Positions 37,639-49,828 of a stretch of DNA of 64,000 nt are shown piece after piece. The notes beneath the pieces are model-generated. The model was not told the DNA's origin. It did no database searches and saw only the letters and a list, made by a program, of their open reading frames with translations. The stretch is from NCBI GenBank assembly GCA_950097015.1, contig CATNEN010000038.1:29822001-29886000 (forward strand). Direction: 5' to 3'. A program made the translations under genes and the position numbers. Origin of the DNA: Macrostomum hystrix. Lineage: Eukaryota; Animalia; Platyhelminthes. How positions within the stretch are numbered: the stretch's first letter is position 1; the number at the start of each line of letters is the position of its first letter.

Positions 37639-40600
37639 GTCTATTTGATGGAGATTCTGGCACGGAAGCTGCAGTTGGAGTGCAATAGTCCAATATTTAT
37701 GCGCTTCCTGTGTTTTGAAACTATACATTATATTTTAAATATTTTATATATCTGCGCTTAAAAATCTATATATGCAATATATTCTAAACATTTTATACAT
37801 TTTAGGAAAATACTTTACTAAAACTAATTAAAAAAACAGTATATAAAGAAAAAAAATTGTGAAAAATACACCTTGCCAGTGAGCCGAAGATAAGGCAATA
37901 CCTGAGTACCATCTTTGAATAAGAGAAGTTGTTGTGTTATTCAATATAATAAGGATATAGTGCCCAGTGTGGAAAAAAAGCAGAGATTGAGGCTATTACC
38001 CTCTAATCCTGAACAAAAGCACAGCAAAGACTGGTGAATAAGAGACCAGTGCCTTACAAGGATAAACCGATCGTGCCAGTGCAAAGCGCTACCTTAAGTG
38101 AAACCCACAACGTAAGAATTTGGAATTAAAACGGCCCTTTTCAGGGTCACCAAGAAAAAGTATAAGGAAGAATACAAAGAGTTAGAAAGAGAAAGAAGAA
38201 ACAATAGAGGCCAGAAGAATACACTACAGAGAGAGAGAAAAATAGATTAAGCCCTGTTACAGTAGTAATTAGCTTAGTTAATTTATTAAAGTATGCTTCA
38301 TAAACATTTCCTAAAATTTTTACATGCAGTTTTTTGCCAAAATTCTTTGTAAACTTTGGTCTAAAAAGTATGCCAAGTCTATTTCATTGCATTTGAAATA
38401 TCTTTTTTTTCCTAAAATAAAGTTATAATGAACATTGGACTTGATAGATTTGTTAATTAAACTTACTTTTAAGTTTCTTTCATAAACACAAGTCAAGACT
38501 ATGTACGTACATCACAAATATACATTAATTGCTTGGTACTAGGTCTCAAAATTTATGGTGTTAAGGCATTGGGACAGACAATTTGACACAAAAATAGGTT
38601 TAAATCAATTCTGTTTTGATTTTGAGAAAGAATAACTAATTGCCTCACTTTAACTAAACTGGGTTATGATTAGAGGACAACAGACCAAGACCCCATGAAA
38701 TAGACCTTCTGATGTCTGTTACATCTAAAAAATCATAATTCAACCAAAAATGTTTAAAAAAAAATTTCAAGCTAAATTTAAATAACTAATACTAATAAAA
38801 GCAGTCATACATAATACAAAAAAACACAAATACACACCAGTGTCCAGTCAATATTTTTTATAACCAGCTTACTTTTTGTAAAGTAAATAAATTTCAAAAG
38901 TATTAATTTAATAGAAGGCAAACTATTTTATCTGCTTAGTTTAAGTGTTAAATTATTGCTTAAAAATTGTTTATCCAAACAGTTATTTCTTTCAATTGTA
39001 ATAGGCCTGTAGGCCTAGTACAATACATAATGTACAATTTGTTGAGACAATAATGATACTAAGTGGAAAAAGTTGGGCACAGGTCCAATACTCCAATAGG
39101 GCCTAGTATCGCCAATACCATTTGAGTATCTGAGTATCGGACCTCAATATTCTTTCAGTATCCAACCTTGGTATCGCGTAATACATTTTCTGAAGTCAAA
39201 TAATCCAATAGGCCTATAATTTAATCTGATAGAAATACATTTTGTTCTTTTTGACTAAAAAGCCTAGAAAGGATTCAAGAAAGTAAGGAAAGTAGGCCTA
39301 CAAAAAATACATGATTCATGTAATTTATTCTATACATAAGAACTTTTCAATTTAGATTTTTTTAAATTTATTATACATAAAAATAATATCGTGTTTCTGT
39401 ATGCCATGTACATTGTTGTTCTTATTCTGATCTGAACACTCATGAAGTCGTACTGATCACTGATGATGATGTCATTTATGTTAATGGTGCTTCTGTGACT
39501 TCTTCAACCACTAGCACTTAAGGCCAAAACCTGCCTAATCAATAAAATATAGGCCCTAATTGTGGCAGTGCCAGTTGGCCCACGGCTAGAGTTGAAAGAC
39601 TTTCATTATTGACAAAAACAATGAGAGTACAGCCACAAAAAAATTTTATAATCAATATTTCGCCCGATTTATTTTCTTCGCTGGTCAGCCAAGTCTCCCT
39701 ACAGTGTAAAATTTTATAAAAAGTAGCTAGGGCCTAAGAGCTTTTTCTTCATTTTTGATATATGCAGAAAACACTAAAATGATGTATCAGAAAAGTATTG
39801 CCTATTGGAATAAAGTATAGCGCGATAATAAAATTTTGGTATCGGAACAGCAAATATCGCCAATAACTTTTAGACTTTAGAGTATCGGTATCGATATTGT
39901 TTAAGTAATGGGGCCAACACTGCAAGAGGATATATTAAGAGACAACATGAGGATGATGAGTGGAAGGTAAAAATATTTTAATATTATTATAAATTAATTA
40001 TGACTATTACACAAGTTAAACTTTCAAGTATCTTTTTTTAAACAGTTAAACAAATGTTTAGTATGCAGTTTACAAAATAAGGTTGTGTTTTATTAAAAAC
40101 AAATTTTTATTTTAACAGTTTTATAAGGAAACAGATATAATATGCTGACTCAAAGAATACAACTTTGGTTTCTATAGTAGGTCACGCTTAGAGCATATTT
40201 AACATAGTCATTTCGATATATTATCTTAAACCTCTTGCCTGTGTCAGCACTGTCAGTTAGATCTTTATTATTCGTAAATACTGACTAGATCAAAATATTA
40301 ATTTTTCATTGGTTTTATGTAAAAAATACTCCAGGACGATAAGCTTCTATTTATTTTTATTGACTAGCCGCTAGCTTAAAAAATATGTCAAGAGAGTGTA
40401 AGGCTGGTACCCCTGCACAGAATTTTACCAACCTATCAAGAAATCACCAGGAAGCTCTTTACAGAAAACGATTTTTGGAACGCAAGCGTGACGCACCAAA
40501 AAATGTAAGGACTTATTTCGGATTTTTCTGATTTTCGGGTGCTTAGGACATCCATCGACCATCACAATTATTTGTTTTAAGCCTACATTTTTTTTCCAAA

Positions 40601-42664
40601 GTGAATTTCAGATTCTTAGGTCAACCCACTGATTCCATTGCTAATTTTTTAGGACACGAGCGCCACCGTAGACCTGCCTGTTTATGAACCGAAAGAGTAA
40701 GTGCAAGCGTAATATTTATCGTAGTAATGTTTCTTAGCTATAATGAATGCTAGCTAGCAATAAATGCTGGCATTCATTAAGATCCGGCCCCAAAAAGTTT
40801 TCTTTCGTTTTTTTAGAAGAATGGAAATTGCAGACCCGCCGAAGATCTACGGTTGGAAGCACGGCGAACAGATTAGACACCGGAAATTGGACAATCAGCC
40901 CAGGGATCAGGTGACTCGCCTAATCAAGCTCACGGAGGCCCAGTTGGAGAGCAGCAGCTGTAATACGCCAGCTGATCACGGAGCTAGAAAGAAGCATTTC
41001 AAGGTGTAGATTTGCGATTTGCAGTCAAGCAAAGGGTCAAGCGCGACAGAATTAATCACGTACAATAATCCGACATCGGCTAATCACATTACCGATGTTA
41101 ATCGACGTCCAGTTTTGTCGATAGCTAATAGGAACTTTTACCGACGAAATCCGACGAAATAAAAAATGCTTGAAAATGTGCTAAACGTAAAGAAAAAAAC
41201 ATACAATGCGCAGATCAATCAGTTAAAAAAACACTTAAAGTCGGTGCAAAAAGTTGCCGTTTGCAATCGGCGTTGCTTGACATCGTAGACGTCGATGAAA
41301 ATCTGCCGACGTCGAATTTTTGTACGGGATGTGATGATTGAATCAATGACTTCGCATCATTTGGCTCATCCCATCTGCTTAACCTTTTTTGTTTTTCCTT
41401 GACAATTCTAAATACTTTTCAATTCTTCACTTTTCAGCACACAAATTTTCTATTTGCTCAAATACGCTCGATCGATATTTTCCATTTTTTCACCGAAAAT
41501 AGCTGCTTTCTGCTTTTTTACAGGCACCCTATTCGCTAGCTTGCAGGATTTCGACGTGGATTTTTTAACTCACCGTTGCTTTCTCGCTTTCAAAAGAATT
41601 TCCTTTCAGCTCGAATTTGAAACACTTTTGTGCTTATACTTGTAGAGGCTATGCAAGAACACTCCAAAATGGAATTGACAGATAAAGAGGGCTTTTCTGC
41701 CTCCGTTGTTACTCCGACGAGCCTCTTATTGTTATATTTTAATTTTTAACTGGAAATGTCGTGAATTGTGGGAACAGACGATTAAGTAAACGACATTATT
41801 CTAATAGTCCAGACCGACCAAATCATTGCATAATTTATTTAAAAAGTTTTGAAAAGTTTAATTCTAAAAGAAAAACGTCTAGCACGGAACGGAAGACACT
41901 TTTTTCTTGTTCAATTAAACTTAGTGGTGAAAAAATGTTACAGCTACCTGATTTTCAAGCGTGACTCACGAATTTATTCTAAGCGGCATTAAAAATTAAC
42001 AACGGATCTTGCACTCTGAATTTTTAATGCGCTAAGCACTGAGTTAACACAATCGCGCGCACTAAGAAGGACATTATATTTGTATCTAAAGAACTTGTTC
42101 AAAATATATGATATCAAAATTTTAAATAAAATCTGTAAGCGAATTGGGAATGCTACGTCGAGTTCCGTCAATAGCTGTCACTCTCTGAGAGCGGCGTCTG
42201 TCTGTTGTTGCTAGGAAAAATCGATGGCCTGCGCGAGAAGTGGTGTACGAGGATCCTCGTAAAGCGAGGATGCTGGTCGCTGCAACGATGGTCATTCTGC
42301 GCTACAATCTTGCTGGCCTGGTACTAAACACCGGCGAAGATCTACATGCTTATTACGGTTTCAAAGCGTTTTAGAGCCAGGGCGATCTTTCTGGTCGTTT
42401 CTGTGCAGTTCCAAGAGTATGCTTTTCCACAATCGGCGAGATTCAAGATCACGACATGAATGTCCAAAAATTGCTGGTTAAGCGGCCGGATGCTGGGAGC
42501 TTAAAGTGTTGCTACCTTGATTAGGCGTCCAATTACCGTGTCTCGTCTAGCTATAACAAAGCCTGTTGCCTGTTGTTACCAGGCCCACGCTTGTTGATGA
42601 CGCTCAGGGGCCACTAACGTTCGATGATATCACTGAACAATGAGCGAAAAAAGCCAAATATGAT

Positions 42665-42864
42665 TCAGTCAGTCACAGTGATGCAGCGTCACTCAGTCAC
42701 AGTGATGCAGCGTCAGTCAGTCACAGTGATGCAGCGTCAGTCAGTCACAGTGATGCAGCGTCAGTCAGTCACAGTGATGCAGCGTCAGTCAGTCACAGTG
42801 ATGCAGCGTCAGTCAGTCACAGTGATGCAGCGTCACTCAGTCACAGTGATGCAGCGTCAGTCAG
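42665..42864. repeat. 24-bp tandem repeat (cagtcagtcacagtgatgcagcgt)
   Basis: ~8 copies. Confidence 0.92.
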
Positions 42865-43206
42865 AGGCAGAGGCCACAGAAATTAAACTTTTAACACCGA
42901 TATGCCTTTTGAAGAAAAAATACATCGGAGAAGCTACTTGGTCGATAGTGACGCAAGTGATGTCACTGGTCATTTTACGATCCAAGCCAGTGAGCAGAAA
43001 GCAAGGCCAAGTTTCGGTAGATTTAGCTGAGAACTTTAGGCGATAATGAAGACGCGTTGCAGCTCCGGACGAAAAACACCTACAGACAGAATTCGAAAAG
43101 CTGGGCGACCACCGCTAATTCTTAGAGGTATTAGAATTCATAGTAATAATTATCATCATCATAGTTGTAAGCGATTGAAAAGCGCTTACATCGGTTCTCC
43201 TTTCAA

Positions 43207-43653
43207 TCAGCGACCTTCATCTGCATTTCGACCCACCCAGCGCTCAAAATAGACCTGAGCGAGCCAGACCGGCTGACCTGACGGCCTGGAAAGCAATGAC
43301 GCAGAGACCGAGAACCTATGCACCCTATCAGCCTGCGAACTCGTGCCTAGAATGCTCGGGGCTGGTGTGTTGGGTTGGGGACCATGGCAACGCGGGGCAG
43401 AGAGATAACTGCTTGTGTGTTATCTTTTATCTCTCTCTCTCTCTCTGACCCACCCTACTGCTAAACACTGTGCCTTATCGCTTGAATATAAAATACACTG
43501 CTTCGTAGATATGCTCCTGCACTGAAGCTTTGAGATGTGAGTCTCACACTCATAATTGTTGGCCTCTGTGGTCAGTACGAGTTCAAGTCTTTCGGTTAGT
43601 GTCGGCAGAAGGTAGCAGACAGCAAGAAAACCTGCTATAATAGTACTATTCAT
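43207..43653 (-). pseudogene. Putative decayed secreted PAN/apple-like gene (149 codons, one internal TAA at 43420-43422)
   Basis: MNSTIIAGFLAVCYLLPTLT signal-like start; STKQCILYSSDKAQCLAVGW apple-like segment; the same frame stays open ~70 codons past the stop, which sits beside a (GA)n tract. Confidence 0.4.
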
Positions 43654-43664
43654 AATAACTTATT

Positions 43665-43838
43665 ACACCCGCCCCAATCGGGCAAGATGTAAAGCCAGCT
43701 ATTGCACGGCGCATCTGAAGGCTGCGTACGGCTGTTCAGTCCATGGACGCCGAACCAACCTTCAATTGCCCCAGCTGATACCAATTTACCAGCTAGGTGA
43801 ACTGAAGCAATGAAGAGTTTCGTATCTTGCTAAAGGAC
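43665..43838 (-). mobile_element. SINE family B, 3' part
   Basis: Reverse complement of 59100-59270 (gcagccttcagatgcgccg, ttgcttcagttcacc). Confidence 0.6.
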
Positions 43839-44690
43839 ATTGCTTTGTTAATACACTGGTAGGTCGGTTTAGTGTAGATTCTGGAATCTATTGTCACTAC
43901 CTTGATCGTCTCTGGTACAGACTCATTGTACGGAACAGGTCGTCAAGGCCCTCCTACCAATGCAGCGAGTTCCGTTAGTTCTATAGATTAAAATGTGCTA
44001 GAGAATTTTCATTTTAGTGCAGCTTTGGCGCTGAAACAGCTTAGAGTACAGCTATTAAATGCTTTTGTTAGTTATCATTTAATAGCTATATACAAAAAAT
44101 GTCTGTCTCTCTTCATCTAAGCCATTTTGTGGCTTAAGTTGTCCAAAATAATATTGAGGGTTCTATGTTTTGCACTTACTTCTAACGTGTTATGTAGTAA
44201 AATATACATCGAGCAATGAGCCAAAATACACCACATCATATTGTCTGACAAATGAGGATTCTAGCTAGACGAGCAAAGAGACAAAAATGAAACAAACTTT
44301 TCTAAACCATCTAAACCAGTCTACTCTAGATTAAGTACTGCTTCCCTAGCCAGTCTTCGCATACAAAACTCGTTGTTATTAACCTTAAGAAAAACTATCA
44401 AAGAATAGATAGTAGAGAACTTCGGTTTTTTGTTCTAACCCCGAATTCTAAGCTAGATTTTTTTATTACGTATAAAGAATAAGCTTTCATATCGATCCAG
44501 CGCTTTAATAGTCTTAATTCTGCTCGAAAAACAGGTAAGCATGAGCGCGTATATTTCCAAACAAAACTTGCTTACTGAACTACTTTTCTACTATCCAGAA
44601 TTTCATTTACTAAGGTTGTTCGGTTGGATCCTATTATTCAAATTAAAGCGAGTTGACTCTGACCAAATAAAGTTATATATTGCTTTTTAA

Positions 44691-45269
44691 CAGTAGAACT
44701 ACCAAGGGGGATTCCCCCCCTGAATATTATTTGTGCTGCACCCGAACGGAGCAACGCAAGCACACGAGACTGAAGAAAACGAGCCAAATTTTTGTTGCGC
44801 ATCTTCTGAAACAATTTTTTTTCGCTAGCTTTTCAGACTTTTTCAATGTTTCTGGCCGAAGTGTAAGGTTTTTCCCAGAATCAATACTGTATCTCATACA
44901 CCTCTATACACGAATAGCATTGCGCCTCAGTGCGGCCTCGCCAGGCCTTCAAAATTTATCAGCATGTCCCCCGAATGCGCCTGCATCATCTCCGTCTTCG
45001 GTGGCCACCTACCTACATAGACGGATTTGCTGGACCTACAAGGGCAACAACAGGTGGAACTAGGCCACAATGGACACCCTGACGCGAATTTCTCCGATTT
45101 CACTGATCAAACCAAAATACTAGGTGCAGCTCAACCACAGTACACCATAGTCTAGTCTGTCAACCAATCAGTCAGCATTCAACGCTGCATTCAGGCGCTT
45201 CCCAAAACTTTCAGGGGGAATATGACCTTGGAATAAAATTGGCGGCAAAATTGTTTGGTAGTCCTACTG
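44691..45269 (+). mobile_element. Complete MITE (579 bp), TTAA target site duplication
   Basis: ttaa|cagtagaactaccaa ... ttggtagtcctactg|ttaa. Confidence 0.8.
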
Positions 45270-45539
45270 TTAAATAGTCAAGACTCAACCAATAAATTCG
45301 TTCAACCGTCATTTTTGTCGAGTTGCTTTTTACACAATTCCAAAAGTCGGAAAAGCACACAATTTGACATTTACACTATCCATAATTTTTGCCTACACGA
45401 TTTTATTCTTCCTGAGTGTTTATTTTACAATGTAATATCTAATTTATTACAGTCTTATTCTGAAAGTTAGTTTTGTGTCCAACGAACTATTTAATTGTAT
45501 TAATTAGGAGGCCTATTACATTTTAGAGTAGACGCCTGA

Positions 45540-46699
45540 ATGGCGAGCACATCGACTGGACAGAATGGAGAGTTTGAATTTGATAATCTGAATGTGCCTG
45601 ATCCGCACAGCCAGGAAAATGAGGCACAAAATTCTGGCTCGAACAACTCGAATACGTCTGAAGAGGTAAAAAAATGTAAAGACTATGCATTCGAAAGTAC
45701 TATAGTTACTGTAGCCATTAAAACGGACAGAGATTTAGTGACTTCCTGTTTAACTTTTTCAAATTCTTCAACTTACCTTATTTTTAGAGATGGCTTGGCT
45801 CTGGGATGATTTCTTACAGAAGACTGATGAACAACGATTCTATAAGTCCGGGCACTCCCATCGTCTTCTCTAATAGTGACTGGAATATCATTTGTAAAGT
45901 CACGACCTACGCAATTTTCGTGGCACAAACAAATCATACGGAAAATGAAAGAAAGATTGAGGTCATCACATACCAACGAAAAAGAACCACGCCAGGCTTC
46001 ATTGGTTGGCTGTTATCTCTGCTTTTTCCGACATATTTTATAATGCGAAAAGCTATTTGGCTAAACTTCAACAAGCAGTGTGTTTATGAGTTGCGATACA
46101 ATACCGAGACTGGACGCAAGTTCTCAAGCAAAGCAGTTCTGCTGAGAGCTCAGTCTATGGTTGGTTCATCAGACTACAACTTGAACTGGAACCACTCGCA
46201 GGATTTTGTTCGCTGGTGCTGCATCAGACACCGTGAAAATCGGGAGTGCTTTAAAATATCGATTGATAACATTGACCAAGTTGAAAAATTCATTGAAAAC
46301 TTCAAGCAAGAAAATCAAATAAATACTTCATCATCATCTTCCAGCAGCAACCAACATCCTTGTAGCAATTTTCAAGAGAAAGCGTACGCATTGGTGCACG
46401 ATAAAGTTGTAGTTCTGAGAGATTGTAAGTTAGTCGGCGGCAATACAGGAACGAACTATCTTGAACTCAACTCTGAGGTCTTCTCAGTCTGCTGCTGCTC
46501 TTGCAACTACGGTGAGAAGAAGTACATGACAATAACCATTGAAGACTATCAAATATATCAGAATTGGCCCTTGGCCACAGACAACGTTCAATATCCTGAG
46601 CTGGTGATAGAATCTGATTGCGAGCGCGAGTGGAGATGCAAGCCAGGTAATTGCTGCGGCAATCAACCGAAACCGATTCTACGAGTATTACAGTCAAGC

Positions 46700-46755
<56 letters not shown>

Positions 46756-48088
46756 AACCAACAACAACAACAACAAACAACAACAAGCAGATCGGCCAGA
46801 CCAAGCAAATCAGCCAGACCAAGCAAATCAGCCAGACCAGGCAAATCAGCCAGACCAAGCAAATCAGCCAGACCAGGCAAATCAGCCAGACCAGGCAAAT
46901 CAGCCAGACCAGGCAAATCAGCCAGACCAAGCAAATCAGCCAGACCAAGCAAATCAGCCAGACCAGGCAAATCAGCCAGACCAGGCAAATCAGCCAGACC
47001 AGGCAAATCAGCCAGACCAGGCAAATCAGCCAGACCAGGCAAATCAGCCAGACCAGGCAAATCAGCCAGACCAGGCAAATCAGCCAGACCAAGCAAATCA
47101 GCCAGACCAGGCAAATCAGCCAGACCAGGCAAATCAGCCAGACCAGGCAAATCAGCCAGACCAGGCAAATCAGCCAGACCAGGCAAATCAGCCAGACCAA
47201 GCAAATCAGCCAGACCAGGCAAATCAGCCAGACCAGGCAAATCAGCCAGACCAGGCAAATCAGCCAGACCAGGCAAATCAGCCAGACCAGGCAAATCAGC
47301 CAGACCAGGCAAATCAGCCAGACCAAGCAAATCAGCCAGACCAAGCAAACGTACTCAAAGTAATTTTGCCTACAAGCTCCATGCAGCTGTTGGCATTCGA
47401 CAAAGAGCCATATTCTTTAGATTCGGCCTTTACTTTAGCGGATGGTCCTGCTTCTTGTTGTAGCAGTATTTTTAGGCTAGTTCTCTGCATCTTACCGATT
47501 CTTCATTTTCTTGGAAATCAAGTGGGAATAGTGAGGATTTTTACGCTAACAGCGCCTTTTTTTGCGGAACAAGACAACTGCACACTAGATAACTTCAGGA
47601 AATCATTCTTTTGGAATGACTCAGCTATTCTGCACTTCAGCATTCAAGTATGCTTCGAAAAAACCAACCCCAACTGTAACTGCAAAGTTGAGAAAATTGC
47701 GTTATACACAAATATCGTCTATTTTGTTCTTGGCTTCATATTAAACTTTATTTGGTGTCGCTGCAAGTGTTGCGAATCGAGGTGCAAAAATGGAGGCGGC
47801 TCGATCACCAACTGCGAAGTCATCTGGAGGCTGCTGAACGTGCTTGTGTATGTCGCTGGTTCATTTCTGCTTCTGTTTCTGCAGATGCTTTTATTTCAAA
47901 TAGGAATCGGCGGCTCAGATTTTATAAGACTGTTGATCATCATTCCGATATTTCCGATAATAAGCCTGTTATACGAGTGTTTGATTCCACAATCTATACG
48001 CTGCTGTTACCGGTGTGATGCCGTTATCTGCTGCAAGTGCTGCCAAGAAATGACAACAATGGACCAAGTAAATGCTTGCAGTGCTTAA
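45540..48088 (+). CDS. LRAT/NlpC-P60-like pseudo-enzyme with poly-N and (NQPDQA)n repeats and Cys-rich multi-TM C-terminus (~808 aa; exons 45540-45665, 45788-48088)
   Basis: Phase-0 intron gag|gtaaaa...ttatttttag|aga joins two ORF-track ORFs. PGTPIVFS...TTYAIFV...VITY and RAQSMVGSSDYNLNWNHSQDFVRWC resemble LRAT motifs. About 4 hydrophobic segments at the C-terminus. Confidence 0.7.
46698..47350 (+). repeat. (AAC)n followed by an 18-bp repeat (NQPDQA, ~30 copies), in frame within the CDS
   Basis: Units are multiples of 3; variation is mostly the synonymous CAA/CAG. Confidence 0.92.
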
Positions 48089-48710
48089 TAGTGCTTCTAT
48101 ATTTATGTTTATGCATAGTTTGACTGACTGAATACTGCCAAAGGCATCAGTTTAAATAATCTGAGAAACATTTTCTACTCATATAAAAGTATAAATTTAC
48201 TAGCTCGTAGATGAGAGGGAAAAAACAAACGCAATAATTAGTTGCGTCACCGATACATTTAGCTAGCGAATTGACTGCGTAGAGATCGGAAAAACATTCG
48301 TATTGTCAATTGTTTAGATGCCCTTCGGTCGTACTAATCAATAACTATAACAATCATCGTTTTTTACAACATCGTATCGTTTAAATCTAGACTAGATTTT
48401 TTAACTATAGACTAGCTTTTTTATGTCTATTTATTTAGCTACATCCTATTTTACTTCAGACTCCATACTGCATAATTGTTCAACTTAAGCTATTGTTTGG
48501 CGGCTAAATTGTTTGGTAGTACTACTGTTAAATAGTATAGAGACTCACAACCGAGCGGAAACTCTCATTTTATCATTTTGTTATGCCATTGTGCTGACGT
48601 GTGTTAAGCCGTGTCGATTTTTATACTATTTTTCTCACTTGTCTTACTTTGAGGTGAATACTGCGTTCGTAATTAACAAAATTAGATAAAAAATAGACTA
48701 ATACTACACA

Positions 48711-49828
48711 TGTAATGATCCGAAGGTGATACAGCTCAAGTATCAAGCCTTGTGATATTTTGACTTAGGTCTCTCTTAGCGTTGAGATTCCTAAATGAGG
48801 TCGGGTGTTCTACTCTTTGCGAGAGATTCTAAATTGCCGTAACTCGAAAATAACGAAGACAAGACGACTCAAAAGTCCAAGCTAAAACAGCTGATATTTA
48901 GGTGTTAATTTGTTAACAAGAGAAAGCTATGAATGATTAATTCCCCTGGCAGCGCTCTTTCCGTCCCCTGCCAGGTACTGTACTTAATTCAATTCAATAT
49001 TTAATTCGCAATTCGCACTGCAGGTAATTTACTTAACAAAATCTCAATAACCTTAACACAAGACCCTAACAAGAATTCACGAAAATAGCATGACAATTAA
49101 CACGACACAAATAACTCCTAGACAAAAACAGATAGTCCCTATAACAAAACAAGACAAATAACACGAAACCTAACCCAAAGTCCCTAGTCTGAAACCGACG
49201 CGACCAGCAAGCACTTCCGCACAATGGCACAACGATAGTTCTATCGTGCCACACCTAATGTCAATTCGACAGCGTCCCACCGATGATTGTCGGCGATATG
49301 GAGAGTACTTCCGTGCTTGCCAATCCCTGTCTAACACTCCGTCAGCAGTTGGCCAGCCGTACCGAGCTCAGCGCAAGCTACTTACTGACGTGGGATTGAG
49401 TGTGGGGTTTTCTTCGACTAGCTAGTTGGACCGGTTTGCCAGTCCCGGTATCTATTACTAGGGTGCGTACCAACGCGGAAAAGAACGATTGCAATGAAAC
49501 GACACGACACAACACGAAAAGACACGACGATAGAAACAAAATGACAACGCAATAGTCAGTTTTATAGTCAAGCGCCCGCCCCAGCCCTCATCAAAGCCTG
49601 GGTGCCGGCCGCGCCGCTTGTTCTTCTGCCAGGTCGACCCTGCCGGTTAACGAACTGGCTGCTGATTGGCCCGGCCCGAGGTATCGCGCTTAAGTCGGGT
49701 CGCATCAAATTGGCTAGCCGCCCTCCTATTGGCTGGGCCCACCAAACCGGGGTTAGTCCGATGCCATGGCTGTAAAGCAGGGTGACCGGCCGATCGCGTG
49801 CGTAGGCCTGGCTGGGCGCGCATGTACA
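48711..49828 (-). mobile_element. Probable solo LTR (~1.1 kb)
   Basis: TGTA...TACA termini; on the minus strand three CCAAT boxes, a GC box (ggggcgggc) and TATAAAA near 49560; sharp composition change against AT-rich flanks; TSD imperfect (caca/aaca). Confidence 0.5.

Noticed and set aside
39065-39922. hAT-like element with gtatcg subterminal repeats
   Set aside because: Only the right end (gccaacactg) is clear; no matching left TIR or TSD could be established
45540-45809. ATGA stop/start overlap suggesting translational coupling or a frameshift
   Set aside because: Explained by a canonical in-phase intron at 45666-45787
46467-47463. Alternative-frame and antisense repeat ORFs (GLADLP, VWLICL, SARPGK)
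   Set aside because: Shadows of the 18-bp repeat; the synonymous CAA/CAG variation and the long flanking ORF support the NQPDQA frame
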